In this document: positions 1-14,448 of the stretch, piece after piece
How the letters are laid out: each line of letters starts with the position of its first letter
Position numbering within the stretch: the stretch's first letter is position 1
Assembly: GCA_002104945.1 (NCBI GenBank)
Contig: MCFH01000014.1
Coordinates: forward strand, 620,001-684,000
Source of the DNA: Piromyces finnis finn
Lineage: Eukaryota > Fungi > Neocallimastigomycota
DNA: 64,000 nucleotides
Direction of reading: 5' to 3'
Program-made: the position numbers and the translations under genes
Notes under the pieces: generated by a model
Database searches by the model: none
Told to the model about the DNA's origin: nothing
The model's input: only the letters and a program-made list of their open reading frames with translations

Positions 1-1
1 T

Positions 2-289
2 TTATATATTGATACTTTTGAAATTAAGGATGTTAAAACTTTACATGGTGATCATCTTTCTAGAGCTATCGGTCGTATTGCCGGTAAAAATGGTAAAACA
101 AAGTTTGCTATCGAAAATGCCAGTAGAACTCGTATTGTTGTTGCTGATACCAAAATTCATGTTTTAGGTTCATACCAAAATATAAGGATTGCTAAAAACG
201 CTATTTCTAGTTTAATTATGGGTAGTCCACCAGGCAAGGTTTACAGTCACTTAAGAAACGTCAGTTCTAGAATTAGAGAAAGATTCTAA
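2..289 (+). CDS. PNO1: 3' end of pre-rRNA processing KH-domain protein Pno1/Dim2 (5' part outside window)
   Basis: Frame from pos 2 reads [95 protein letters not shown]. This is the highly conserved Pno1 C-terminus with a GxxG-type KH loop. Confidence 0.95.
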   Translation, partial: LYIDTFEIKDVKTLHGDHLSRAIGRIAGKNGKTKFAIENASRTRIVVADTKIHVLGSYQNIRIAKNAISSLIMGSPPGKVYSHLRNVSSRIRERF

Positions 290-1157
290 GTTATAATATT
301 ATTTTAATTTATTCAGCCTCTATTTACACATAAATAAATTATTATCATTTTGATTTCGGTACATTGGGTATATTCAAATTTAAACAAGTTAAAAAGACTT
401 TTTTTTTTTCTATATTTATATAAATTATTATTATTTTTTTTAGAGAAAAAGTTATTGCAACATACAATTGAAATGTCACTTTATTTTTAACATTCCTTAC
501 AAATGAAAAAGATCTATTTAACTTTTAATAGAATAATTTATATTTAACGTTTTTTTTTATACTTATTTAATTACAATAATAAAAGAAAAAGATTAATATT
601 TATTATAAGTATTAATTTGGTTTTCTTTATATACTATTATTTTAAATTATATTTATATAAATAGTTCAAAAAAAAAAAAGTTATGTTATTACTACCACAC
701 TATAGAACATATATATTAACTATTAATAACCCATACTTTTTTTATATATCAATTTTTTTTTAATATTATAAAAAAAATATTATAATAATAAATTATAGTA
801 GATAAGTAGTTAGTTTGATACACTTATAATAGAACCACACATAATAATTATAATAAATAATAATGATAAAAAAAAAAAATCAACTATAATGTATTATAAA
901 GAATATTAAAAATAACATTTATACATAAATAAAAAAATATAAAAAAAAAAGACTTTTATTGATTATGAAATGACACCTTTTTTTTTTTTTTTAACATGAT
1001 GAATAAGTTTTTATGGTGGAAGAGAAAAGGAAAAAAAAAAAAAAAAGGATTGAAAGAAGAAGAATAAATATTGTAGTATTTTAATACTGAAAAGACTTTT
1101 GTAATTAATAATAATATGATAAAATAAAAATAAAACCAAAACAAATCACTAATAATT

Positions 1158-1193
<36 letters not shown>

Positions 1194-2079
1194 AAGTATT
1201 TTATTCTAACCAATTTTTAAGTATTTTAGCATTCATTATTATTCATATTACCTATTTCATTCTAATGTAACATAATCATTTATCCTTACTCTCTACATAA
1301 AATTAAATATAAACCTAGTTAAAAAAAATTTTTTTTATGATCTTTTCAAATATAAATATTTTATCTTTTTTTTTTTTTCCTCTTCTCTCTCTTTTCTTTT
1401 TATAATAGTTTTATATCCATTATTACGATTTATTCAAAGGGAAATCTAAAAGGTAACTTTTTCTTTTTAATCTTTTAATATTCCCATTTATAGTAAAATT
1501 AATAAAGTCTTTAATATAATTTCAATATATTTAATTTAATTTATTTCCATATATTAATTTTAATTTTAATTTAATTATTTCAATGGAAAATCTCAAAAAT
1601 TAAAAAGTTTTTACTTTTATTTTTTTTTAACAAGGGCTTTAAAGTTTAAAAAAAGTTTAAATAGGAATTGAAGAGGAAAAAAAAAAAGTAATACAAGACA
1701 TTTATATTTTAAAAATACCATATAAAAGGGTTATAATATTAAATTATTTTATATGATATTAAAATGAAATTATAAAGTGTAACTAATTTTTACAAATTTT
1801 TTTTTAAATTTTTTCTCTAATGAATTCTTTAACAATACCACACACATACACACACACTTATAATAACATTATAAATATGGAATAAACTTAAACAATACAG
1901 AAATAAAAAAAAAAAACTATCATTGTAGTTTCAATTTTTTTTCAATTATTATTATTATTATTATTATTATTATTTTAAATATTTTCTATTTATTTAATAG
2001 TATAAAAGATATTTCCTTATCTTTTCAACATTGGAATATATATAAATTTTTTTTTTTAAAAAGAAAGCAAAAAACAAAA

Positions 2080-4154
2080 ATGATGGTCACTGGAATAAAT
2101 ACAAGTACATGCAATCCTAGAGCATTATTTTCGGAATTACCTATATACACACCACTTCATTATTCAAAGTATATATATCAAATAGGATTATTATAGTGTT
2201 TTTTTTTTTTAATAAAAATGGAAAAAAATGAAATATATAACATTATTACTTATATTATGCCTTTTTTTTTCCCCAATATAATAGTACTCTCAGTTCTATT
2301 ACCGGAGCCAATGTATATTTAAAATTAGAAAATTTACAAATATGTAATTCATTTAAAATTAGGTTTTTATTTTTTTTTTCCATATTTTTTATATATTAAA
2401 TAAATATACATGAATTATATATGCTATAAATACTTTAACATAAAAAAAAAAAAACACATTATTTCTAAAAATAAAATAAATATTTATCAATATATTAAAA
2501 ATAACTACCACCATCACCCAACAATGATCAAATAGAGGTGTTGGTTATATGTGCTCCAAGGTTGTTCATGAAAAAAATTGTCAAATGTTAGTATCTTGTG
2601 GTATTAATGCAGGAATAGCTTGTGCTTATGGTAAATATATAAATATCCTATTGAGTTATTAAAGAATAAAAAGAAAAAATAAAAGTTATTAAATAAATAT
2701 TATCATTATAATTCTCTCTATATATACTATATGAATTTTTTCTAATTTTAATTTTATTTTAATGATGATTGTTATTAAAACTTAGCTGGTAAAAAATTAA
2801 ATACATTTGTCACTGTTTTTGTACCGATAAATACTCCTGATTTTATTATTGAAAAGATACAAAATGAAGGTGCTAATGTTTATGTAAAAGGAAAGGTATG
2901 GAATTATTAATGAAATCAATCAATCTATATGTATCGATTAAATATCAAATTAAATTATTTTTTTTAAATAATAAAATACTAAATAAAAAAAAAAAAAATA
3001 AAGGATATAGAAGAATGTGAATGTTATGCAAAGTATTTTGTTGAACAAAATCAATACAGTTATTATATACCCTCATATAATCATCCAGATATATGGGAAG
3101 GCAATTCAACAATAATAGATGAAATTAAATCTCAATTAGGAGATACTCCTGATGCCATTATTACTGTGGTTGGAGGAGGTGGATTATTATGTGGATTAAT
3201 TCAAGGATGTCAAAAAGTGAGATGGGAAAATGTAAGTTTTTTTTTTTAAAGACAGAAAAAAAAAAGAATACTAATTATAAAATATAATTTTTAAATTAAG
3301 GATGAAAAAAAGGTTTTAATTATTGGAAATACTAAAGTTATAAATTTAATATATTTATGTTTTTATTATATTTTCAATATAATTAGGTTCCAATTATAGC
3401 AGTGGTATAATATCAAATTCACATTTTATTTTTAATTTAATTCAATATAAAAAAAAATTTTTTTTTCTCATTTATTTATTTCTTTATATCTTTATTATTT
3501 AAATTTTACCAAAAAAAAAAAAAAAAAAAAAAAGGAAACTCATAATACCAATGGACTTCAACTTTCTGTTAATAATAAAAAAGTTACAGATGTTCCTAAA
3601 GGATCAGAACCATTAGCACGAAGTTTAAATATTAAAAGAATTTGTCATCAATCCTTTACTCTTAGTAATCAACATCCAGTAGTACCAGTTACCATTACGG
3701 ATGCTATGTCTATTAAAGCCTGTAGACAATTTGCAGGTAAATTTTAAAAATAAAGGATGATAATAAATTTAATAATTATATTATAATGACATTATTATTA
3801 TATATTATAGAAATATTTTATGACATTAATGATAATTATTAATATTTAATATTAAAATTTAATAATATTATTTTTATTATTTCTTTTTTTTTTTTTTTTT
3901 ATTTTAATAAAAAAGATGATCATAAAATGTTAATTGAACCTTCAAGTGCAGCAGCTGTTTCAATTTGTTATTCCAATATAATACAAGAAATTCTTGAATT
4001 AGAACCTACTTCTAAAATTGTTATTATTATTACAGGAGGAAATGATATTTCACTAGATCAATTAGAAAGTAGTAGACATAAATGTTCTTCACCGGTTCCT
4101 ATCATTGTTAAATCCGGAAATGAAATATTTATGAAGTTAAATGGAACTATATAA
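2080..4154 (+). CDS. PLP-dependent L-serine/threonine dehydratase-like enzyme (fold type II), multi-exon
   Basis: Spliced exons give TPLHYS..LKLENLQICNSFKIRG (PLP lysine motif), NAGIACAYA, YNHPDIWEGNSTIIDEI, VGGGGLLCG (phosphate loop), VPIIAVET and MLIEPSSAAAV. GT-AG junction phases are consistent. Confidence 0.88.
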
Positions 4155-4431
4155 ATACAAATACCACCATCAACTCCATTCATTCATCCATACTTTATAC
4201 CTTTTTTTTAAAAGATAATGATTTAAAAAATTGGATTAAATTTTTAGTATTATTATTATTATTATTATTATTCCTTTTTTTTTTTTTTTTTATATATATT
4301 TTTGAAAAGATACCAATAATTAACAACATATTTATATTTATAATATTAAAAATAATAAATATATTAATATATTATTTATTCTGTTACTCTATCCAATTTT
4401 TTATTATTATTATTATTTTATTTTAATTTTA

Positions 4432-4466
<35 letters not shown>

Positions 4467-4784
4467 AAAGCTATCATTATTATTATTTAAACAAATAAAA
4501 TAATATTTTTTAATTACCTCATAACAAAGAAATAAAATTTATATATTTATTCGTTTTTTTTTTTTTTTTTTTTTTTTTTAGCAATTGTTGATATTTTAAA
4601 GAAAGAAAGAAAAAAAAAATAATAAATTCCTTAAAAAAAAATACACACTCAAAGTTTATTATTTACTATAAACTATATTTACACACACAATTTATTATTA
4701 CTGTTATTATTATTATTATTATTATTATTTTTTTTTTTAAAATATTAACATTAATTTATTATCTTTATATAATAATAAAAGATA

Positions 4785-4821
<37 letters not shown>

Positions 4822-4897
4822 TTTATAGTATTAATCACTTATATGAAGTTGTAAAGTTGTGACAGGACCTGTCATTGGGAATAGATAAAACAAAAAT

Positions 4898-6830
4898 TTA
4901 TATAAATTTGTGAATGACACCATTACCGGTAAATCCATCATAACAGAACCAATTAGTAATTGGTAATTCTTTTTTGGATAACATATTTAATATATCTTGT
5001 GATAAAATACCACCAACTACAGAACATATTGGTAAAAGTTCCATACCAGCATTACGAATTATTTTACTTTTTTTTTTTTTTTTTTTGAAATGAAATGAGG
5101 GAATTAAATAAGTATTAAAAAAAAATTATTAATGATATATATACATTTAATACTTAATACATTTTAACTATATATCTACAATTTTCTACTGTATTTATTT
5201 TTATTTTTTATTTTTTTATTTTTATTTTTTTTTGTTTGTTTAGAGGTGAATATTTACCTTAATGATTCATCAGATAAAACAGCACTATTTATATTATATT
5301 TTTTAAATAAAGCATCACGAATAGCTTTAAGTTTATTAAGATCTTCGGTATTTTCTTCATCTTCAGATAGATATTTTGGTAATCTTTTATTTTGATTTTG
5401 GAATTGTAATAATGCTATTTTTGATATACGCAAATATTAAATTAATATCAACTCTTTAAACTATAAATTGAATTATTTTGTTATAATAAGTTACTATAAA
5501 TGAGGAAATAGGTAGAGGAATATTTTCTTAAGAAACGTTTAAGACTTTTTTCTGGTTTAAATTCATATCCTAATGATTTTTCTAATGGAATATAATCTTC
5601 GGTAAGTTCAGTTTTTTTGGTTTTAAATTCATCACCATATTTTATTTTTTTTTCTCTAAAAAAAAATTTTTATTAATGAATAAAAAAAAAAGAAATAGTT
5701 TTTTTTAGACATTTTAAAAAGTATTTATTGTTTTTTATATTTTTCAAACTTTTTGTTATGAATACTTACTGAATATAAGAATGTTTTAGTAAATCACAAA
5801 ATATATAACCATAGATACCATGAACATCAGATGCATAGAATTTAATATTATTTTCTCTACATATATTATTTATTTTTATCTGAAGAATAAATGTATCATG
5901 CCATAATAATTTTTTTTTTTATAAAGTATATTTGAAAATAAATTAAATATTAAAAGGTTTATATGTGGTTATATGACTGTAGTTACTTATATATAACATT
6001 TTTCATAGATATATAAAACATACTAGAGAATCTAAAGATTTTCCTGTTACACAAACAACATCGAATTCATTGTAGAAACTGGTATCTTTACTTTCAATTG
6101 AATCTGAAATGATATTAATTTTAACAGAAGGATTAAGTCTAACTAATCTATCTTTCATGGATTCTGCTCTCTATAGTATATGTATATATGTATTTAATGA
6201 AATTTGAAATTAATATAATTATATATATATTTTTTATAGTAGGTCCATTCATTGAAAATAATAATAATAAAAAAAAAAAAAGTAAAGTATTTTTTGTTTC
6301 ATTAAAGAATGAAATATTATTATTATTATTATTATTATTATTTTTAAAAAAAGAAATAGATATTATTATTATGTGTATGGAATAATTACATTTTGTCCAA
6401 CATTCTTTTCTGAAACTAAAAATTGTGAACCAAGATCTTCTTTAGTAACATTTTCGTTATCAATAATAGTTAATGAGCCAACACCTGCTAATACCAAATT
6501 TTTACATACTTCATTGGATAATGCTTTACCACCAACAATTAAAATGGATGAATTTCTTAATCTGTTTTTTTTTTTTTTTTTTTTTTTTTTTTGAATTTGA
6601 TTTTTTTTTTTTATTATTATTATTATTTTTGTGAAATGAAAAAAAAAAAAAAAAAGTATTGACAATTGATGTATTGAATATACATATAATTTATTTAAAT
6701 TTATAAATAGAGAAATAAAAATATGAATATATAGAGAAATAAAATATAGTATAATAATAAATTAATATATATTTGAAAAGCTTTATTTTTATTTTATTTT
6801 ATTTTTTCAATTTTAGATTTGATTATTTAA

Positions 6831-6862
<32 letters not shown>

Positions 6863-7094
6863 GTCTTTAAATTTTTTTACAAAAAAAAATAAAATAAAAT
6901 TCCATTCCATTAACATACATTTATATTAAATCCATATTTTTTTTTATTTAATATAATATATACCTTCTTTGAGCATCGAAACCCCATAAACGAATTTGTC
7001 TATCATATAAAGCTGCTTCTTCATCGTTTAATTGAAGAGTCATTTTTGCTTTTTTATTTGATGTATTATCAACTTCTTGATTAGTTCTTTTCAT
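4898..7094 (-). CDS. AOS1: SUMO-activating enzyme E1 subunit 1 (Aos1/SAE1), multi-exon
   Basis: Exons read EEAALYDRQIRLWGFDAQRR-LRNSSILIVGGKALSNEVCKNLVLAGVGSLTIID..DLGSQFL..RAESMKDRLVRLNPSV, with C-terminal ELLPICSVVGGILSQDILNMLSKKELPITNWFCYDG. This matches the N-terminal half of a ThiF-type E1 typical of Aos1/SAE1. Confidence 0.9.
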
Positions 7095-7848
7095 TTTTTT
7101 TTAATTAATGGTTATTATATAGAAATATATTCTGGGATAAATATATTAAATATTTCTGAAATATATATATATATATATATATAAAGGAACTCTTGTTGAA
7201 AAGTAACAATATTATTATTTTCAATATTATTTTTTTTAAAGAATTTTAATAATTTGAAATTTAAATTTCTAAATTTTTAAAAAAGAAAAAAAAGAAAAAA
7301 AAACCTTTAAAAAAATTTAATTAATAAAAATATAGAAAAAAAAATTTTTTTTAAATTTTATTTTTCAAGACTACTTTTTAAGAGAAAAAGTTTTTTTTTT
7401 TTTTTTTTTTTTTTTTATTATTAATAGTATTATGAATTAGTTTTTTATTTAAATGTAATGTTTTGTAAAATGAAAAAAATAGTAATAATAAAAAGATAGT
7501 ATATATATATATATATATTTTAAGAAAAAAGGCATTGATTTAAAAGTTAACCATTTTTGAATATTATATATATATAAATACATTTTTTTTTTTTATTAAT
7601 TCAAATTATGATAATTTTCTTTTATTATTAATGTTTTATAACAGCATAATAACGAAAAAAGTAATATTTATTTATTATCTCTTTTTTTAGAAATAGTTTT
7701 TTTTGGATTAGATTTTTATTATTTTCTATTCTCTATTATTATTATTTTTTATTTCTGAAATGAAATGCCATTCCCCTTTTTTCTACCTTTCTCTTTTAAT
7801 TTTTCGCTTCATAGAGATGATTTGTTTTTTTTTTTTTTGTTATAATTA

Positions 7849-8641
7849 TTATTTTTGGCATTTTGAACAATTGCAACGATGCTTCATCTCATTGATTTCC
7901 TAATAAATATAAATATGAGTATAAATTATAAATTGTTTTATAATTAGAAAGAATAACAAAAAATTTTTATAACAAAAAGTTTTTATAATTTCATATTTAA
8001 AAGTTGGTATTTGAATTGAGATATTGAGATGCCCATTACCTTTTCAATATAATTTGATAATTTCAATTGATTTTCTTTAATCTTGTCAGAAATTCTATTA
8101 ATTATTAATTAAAAATAATTATTTATAGAAAAAAAAAGGTTATGATTATATTGGAACAAACAAAATTTTTTTTATTAATATTTCTACCTTTTATGCATCT
8201 TTTTTTCCAATTTTTCTTGTAGAATTTCTTCTTCTTCATATTGCTTTTTTAATTTCTCGGATTCAATAAAAGCGTCAAACTATCCATTTATGAAAATGTT
8301 AAAAAATATATGTTATAATATAGAAATATAGGAATTTATTAGATGCTTAACTACTACTACTACTACTACTACTAGTAATAATAATAATAATATTTTTTAA
8401 AATTTCGTTTTTATTTTATTTTTTTGCTTACTTGTGATTGATTTAAGATGATATTGGTGGTAGGATGAGTTTGATCTTGAAGAAAGTATCGATATTTTGG
8501 TTTAGTAGTATACCTTTCAACTTTATATTCCCGAGAGCTAAATGCTCTATTACAAGAAGATTCAATCAAACGGTATTGTTTAAGATTAATATAATTTTTT
8601 TTATTTACCATGTCTATTTCTTTCTTATTACTACTCAACAT
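7849..8641 (-). CDS. Small (~137 aa) hypothetical coiled-coil protein, 4 exons
   Basis: ATG at 8641 and three GT-AG introns with compatible phases (0,2,0) give MLSSNKKE...LNQSQ/FDAFIESEKLKKQYEEEEILQEKLEKKMHKR/ISDKIKENQLKLSNYIEK/EINEMKHRCNCSKCQK*. No family recognised. Confidence 0.65.
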
Positions 8642-11004
8642 TAATAATGAAGAATCTATCTATATAAAAAAAATGGAATTATGATTGAAAACAAAAGCAA
8701 TTTCCTTTATAAAGATAATAATATACAACAATATACTTTAAATATATATCTTTGTTTTATTATTCATCCTTCGGGAAAAAAAAGTTTATTGATTTATTAG
8801 TAAACTTTTATATATAATAAAGTTTTTTGATGATAAATAAACCAATGACTTTATGACTTTAATTTTTTTTATAAAGATATATTTAAAATAGTGTTTAATA
8901 TTTCATATTTTATCTACTAATACTATTATTTCTATTTTATGAATGGGGATAGAATGATAGAATGTTTATATAACATTATAAATATAATCCTATATATAAT
9001 ATATATAATATATATAATATATAGAAATTATCTTTTGAAGATACTTAAGATACACATTATAATCATTAAAATATTATTAAGAAAATTCATAGACTATTTT
9101 TTTTTCTTGATTTTGGTATTATTATTATTATTTTCAGTATCTTTTTTATTTATTAAAATTTAAAAGTAGTTTACATTAAATACACTCATAAAGGATTACA
9201 TTTAATTATAATTTGATATTAAAAAAAAAAAAAGTTTTTTATATATTATTATATATACGATTATTTTATATATTTTATTTTTTAATCATTACAATCTTCC
9301 AACGATTCAAAAAACTTTAAAACTTTTTTTTTAAACATATTTAATATCATATACATATTTTAATTTATATAAAAAGTTTTATGTTGTATAAAAGAGATAG
9401 TACATTTCATTTTTTATTTTTTAATGCAATACATTTTTTCTTTTTCTTTTTTTAAAGTTTATATTATATCATTTATTAAAAAAAAAAACAACTTTGTTTT
9501 CATGTTTATTTCAATATTAAAATAAAAAAAAATTTCCCACATTATAAAAGGTTACCTGACTAATTAATTTTTTCTTTTTTTTTTTTTCTTCTTCTTTTAA
9601 AAAGCGGAGTTTTAAAAGCCATGGTAATATATATTAGAATAAAAAAAAAGGATGATGAATGGTAAAATAATTTAAATATATATATATAAATATATTAAAT
9701 ATAAAGAAATTGTATAATTGTAATAATGACAATAAAAAAAAAAGATGTTCCAATATAAAAGTTTGTTATTAATAACTACTCATTTTTAATTTTAATATTG
9801 GAATATTGATGAAAAGAAAATGTGGAAACAAATTTTATGTATAAAAAAAATTAATTTTTTTTTAAAAAGGAAAAAATAATAAAAAATAAAACTGTAAAAG
9901 TGAAATAAACTATAATGGGTTTTTTTATATATATATATATATTTTTAAAAATAAAACAATATCAATATTATTGGTAATTTAATTATAATATTGATGTGTT
10001 TTCTTTTCTTTATAAATTAAATGGTGAGATGTATGTGTCTAGTCTAGTAAATTTTTATTTTATTATTGAAATAATAAATATCCATTCATTAGAAATTTCC
10101 ACCTATTTTTTTTAGGATCAATCATTCTATATTCAATAATTATAATATTGAGCGTCCTATTTGAAGTATTTAATCCTCGCTGATTCTCATATTTTATAGA
10201 AAAAAAAAAGTTTAGAATCATCTTTATTTTTAAAATATAAATGCTTTTTTTGTGATGAATCAATAGATAATTTTTTTTTTTTAAAAAATAATCTAATAAA
10301 AATAAAATATAAGAATTAGAATTAAAGCAACACTTTTTTTTTTATAATATTATTAAAAAAATCAGTAAATTACTCTTAATTGAGAATAAACAATTTTTTT
10401 TTTTTTCAAATTAAAATATAAGAAAATTTTGATAAGAAAAATCTTATTTTATATAAGAATAATAAAAAAATAATAAAAAAAATTAAATGCAAAGAAAAGC
10501 AATTTTTATAATTAAATTTTTTTTTTTTTTTTTTTTTTCCTTTCCTATAATTCCCATTTTTTTTTTTTAATTTAAATAATAAAAGTATGGATAACCACTG
10601 AAAATTATAATACAAAATAAACCATGATTTTATTTTAAAATAGAGAAAAACGTAAATAAAAATAACATTTTAGTTGTTACCCTATAGAATTTTAAAATAT
10701 TCTCAATAAATATATATTAATTTAAGAATACAAAACATCTTACCCTTCATAAACATATCATTTTAAATTCAATACTTTCTACTTTTATTATATATAATTC
10801 ATAATAAATATTGTTATCCCACATATACTACATAATACCGAATTTCAAATTATTTTTTTATTCAATAATAATTGTACAAATCATTTGTATCATAAACAAT
10901 TTTTATAGTTTTCTTTTTTCTTTCTTTCTTTTTTTTTTTTTTTGGATAAAAAAAAAACCAATATATTTATACAAACATACAAACTATTTAAAGTTAAAAT
11001 AAAA

Positions 11005-13565
11005 ATGAAAATAAATAATAGCCTATCTTGCATTTTACTTTATACCCTATTTCTATTATCAAACTTATCCCCAACCCATTCAAAAATTATGGAAGGAAGT
11101 GAAAAGGTTGATAAAGATGATCCTATTTTCCCTAATGTTGTAGATAAAAGTAATCTAATAATATATCAGGTATCACAATCCATTTCAACTCTGATTCATT
11201 CATTTAATGATAAAATTCGTATTCTTCAAAAATGGTATCATTTAATTCGTCATAATGTCGACCCATCGAAAGAGTATGAAAATTTATTTGAAAATATTCA
11301 ATTTTATGAAAAGGAAAAGGTTGACAGGAATACTGACAATGATCCTACAGAGATTAAATTATATCCAAATACACATCAAAATCCTCTTATTCATGAACGT
11401 ACTTTTCAATCAGCTAACAGTGCTACTAATAAAATAAAATTAGGAGAAGAAAATAATGATGATGATAATGATGAATTAAATATTAATCGATTCCATTATT
11501 CCATGCCAAATCAAATAATTTCCAAAAGTAATAAAATAGATATGGAGAATGAACAAAATGCTAATGGAAGACTATTTAAAAGAAACAATGGCTGTGGAGA
11601 TCGTAATATATACTATTATCATTAATATAATTAATAATACATTATATATATATATGTTCTTTTATTCTTTTATTTTTTTTTACTATCTAGTATTGAACAC
11701 ATTAATCTTTAATTATTTTTTCTATGATCATTTTATTTTTATTTACATTTATTTACTCATTTATATATATATATATATATTTTTTTTTTCCTTAAAATTT
11801 ATATTAATCATTTTTTATGTTTAAAAAGCGCAAAATTATTTTTGTGAATCACAATGTAATTATTACAAGGGTGCTCCTATGATTATAAGAGAATCCTATG
11901 CTCCTATGTATAATTGTAGTGGAAGATTTTTAACAAATGTAGATGATAAGGAGAAACTTCCATTATTAGAATGTGATACCTGTTCACCAAAAAATACTAC
12001 TTGTTTAAATTGGTGTTGTCAATTAATGGATACTACTGTAAACATTGATATTCCTGAATTTCTCAATGTAGAAAAAAAAATTAATGGAACAATGACTAAT
12101 ACCACAGTAGAAAATCCAGATTTAGTATGTAATTTTTACTATTTAAGTTTTTTTTTTTTTAAAAAAATTTTTAAAAAATATCGTTATCGTTCTACTATAT
12201 AATATCATTAGTTTTAAACCTAATGATAATAAAGAGGATAAAGAGGATGATAAAGATAAATGATAACAATGATATATATAGGAATATAACATAATTTATT
12301 TGTAAATATATTTATTTATTATTTTCCACCTAATTTATTTATTTTTTTTATAATAGAATAAAGTATGTTATTGTCCATTAGATCGATATGGCCCTAATTG
12401 TCAAAACTTTTATGAAACTCGATGTAATTTAACATTACTTTCTCATCCTACCGATGAATGTTTCGATTCTGATGGTGAAAGAGTAAAAGGTTTAAAATAC
12501 CTTGACAAAACATATAATTGCCCCTTATACAATTATACTGATATTATTACCCTCAGGTATAATTTAACTTGTGAACAAGTTCCTTCTGCTGGATTTAGTT
12601 TATCCTTGGCCACAAACAATTATACCTTTTTCGCTGCTAATAAATATATTATGAATAAATTACCTGTATGGAATCACTTGATCCAATATTTAAAAAAATT
12701 TAATACAATTATTTATACAATAATTATTAATTTTTATTGAATTCAATATTAATACTTATCTGCTGATTTATCCATCTATTTTTTTTTTTTTTAGCTTTAT
12801 AAGTCGTCTAAAGATGCTTCACCTTTACAATTAAATACTCGTATTTGGAATTTCAATCATTTGGGTTCCAGTATAGATTTGGTTCAGGAACTTAATGATG
12901 AACATCTTGTAGGAAATAAAACTATTGAAGTTGTAATTGATTTAGGAAAATATTATTTACCAACAGAAAAATTGAAGTCTGTATTTAATGGAGGAAGAGT
13001 AATTGTAGAAACAGGTGAGAAAAACAAATGATATATAATTTATAGTATATATAATATTATTATAAATATATATTTAAATTAAAACATTATAAATAATATT
13101 ATATAGTATTTATAAAATAATCTTATAAATTTATAGAATAATTATAATTATTAATAGATTATCAAAAAAAAAAAAAAAAAAGGATTTATCCTTTTTCTAT
13201 TATAAAATTAACCCTAATTTATTTATTCATTTATTAATAATATATTTTTAATTTTTTTTTTAAAAACTACATATATCTCTCCAAAATTTATTTTATATAA
13301 ATAAATAAATAAAAAAAAAGGATTTGGAATTAATGTTAAACTTATGGGATCAGGTGTACCAAAACCAATATTATCTTTTTTGAATTTAGAAAATTATTTT
13401 AAAAATGAAGACTTTTTCGAGAAAGAAGTTATTTTCAAAACCATTAAACAAATATTATCCGTTGTTATCCCAATCGTTTCTGGATGTGTCATACTATTTG
13501 TTATTTTTGTTGTTATCACCTATATTTTATATAGAAAAACTAGACCAATGAAAGTATCATGCTAA
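11005..13565 (+). CDS. Cys-rich type I membrane protein with signal peptide and EGF-like motif, 5 exons
   Basis: N-terminal hydrophobic leader MKINNSLSCILLYTLFLLSNLSPTHS. Phase-consistent exons include GCGDPQNYFCESQCNYY, CDTCSPKNTTCLNWCC and VCYCPLDRYGPNCQ. C-terminal TM helix ILSVVIPIVSGCVILFVIFVVITYILY is followed by a short basic tail RKTRPMKVSC*. Confidence 0.8.
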
Positions 13566-13624
13566 AATAAATAATTAAGAAAGAAAATGGTATATATTTA
13601 TTTTTTTTTTCGACATTTAAAAGA

Positions 13625-13663
<39 letters not shown>

Positions 13664-14448
13664 TAAAATAAATGGTATACAAGTGATTGAATTATTATTG
13701 CATTCCCTTACATACAACATAAAATCACACCTTTTATATCATTAAAAAATTAAAATGAAAAATACATAAACTATATACTATATATATAGTTTACTATTCA
13801 TTTATATATAGATAGACAATTTTTTTTTTTTGAATTAATATTTCTATTATTCATATAAATATAGTTTAAATATATATTTCTTATAATTTAAAAAATAAAA
13901 AAAAAAAAAAAGTTTTGATACAAAATAAAAGATTATCCATTTATTTATTATCAATTAAAGAAATTTTGAAATGGTAATATAAACTATTTATTATAAGAAA
14001 AAAAAAGTTTTCCATTCATTCTTTCTATATCATTACAATTTCCTATTTATAAAACAGTTTTTTTTATTAGAATTATATTTAATTATAATATTTATAATAT
14101 GAATAAATAATAATGATAATAATATTTTTTTTTTTCATTCCATCTTTCCTCATAATTTTTATAGTTTTCTTTTTTTATTCACTTCCCACTTTCTCATATT
14201 ACTACCATTCACCTACTCTTTTTTTGCTTTATTTCTTTATTTTATTTCCATACAAAATAAAAAATTTCTATTTTTATTCATTGTTCAAAAAAGGAAAAAT
14301 TAATTTTGTTTTTATTTTCTTTTTTTGGTAAAAAATTTTTACCAAGATTTCAAGCTAAATTTTATTTAGAAAGAAAAAAAAAAAGCTTTTGCATAGTTTT
14401 AAAACCCATCATTCTTTACTATTTTATTTTAAATTTTAATCCTTTCAA

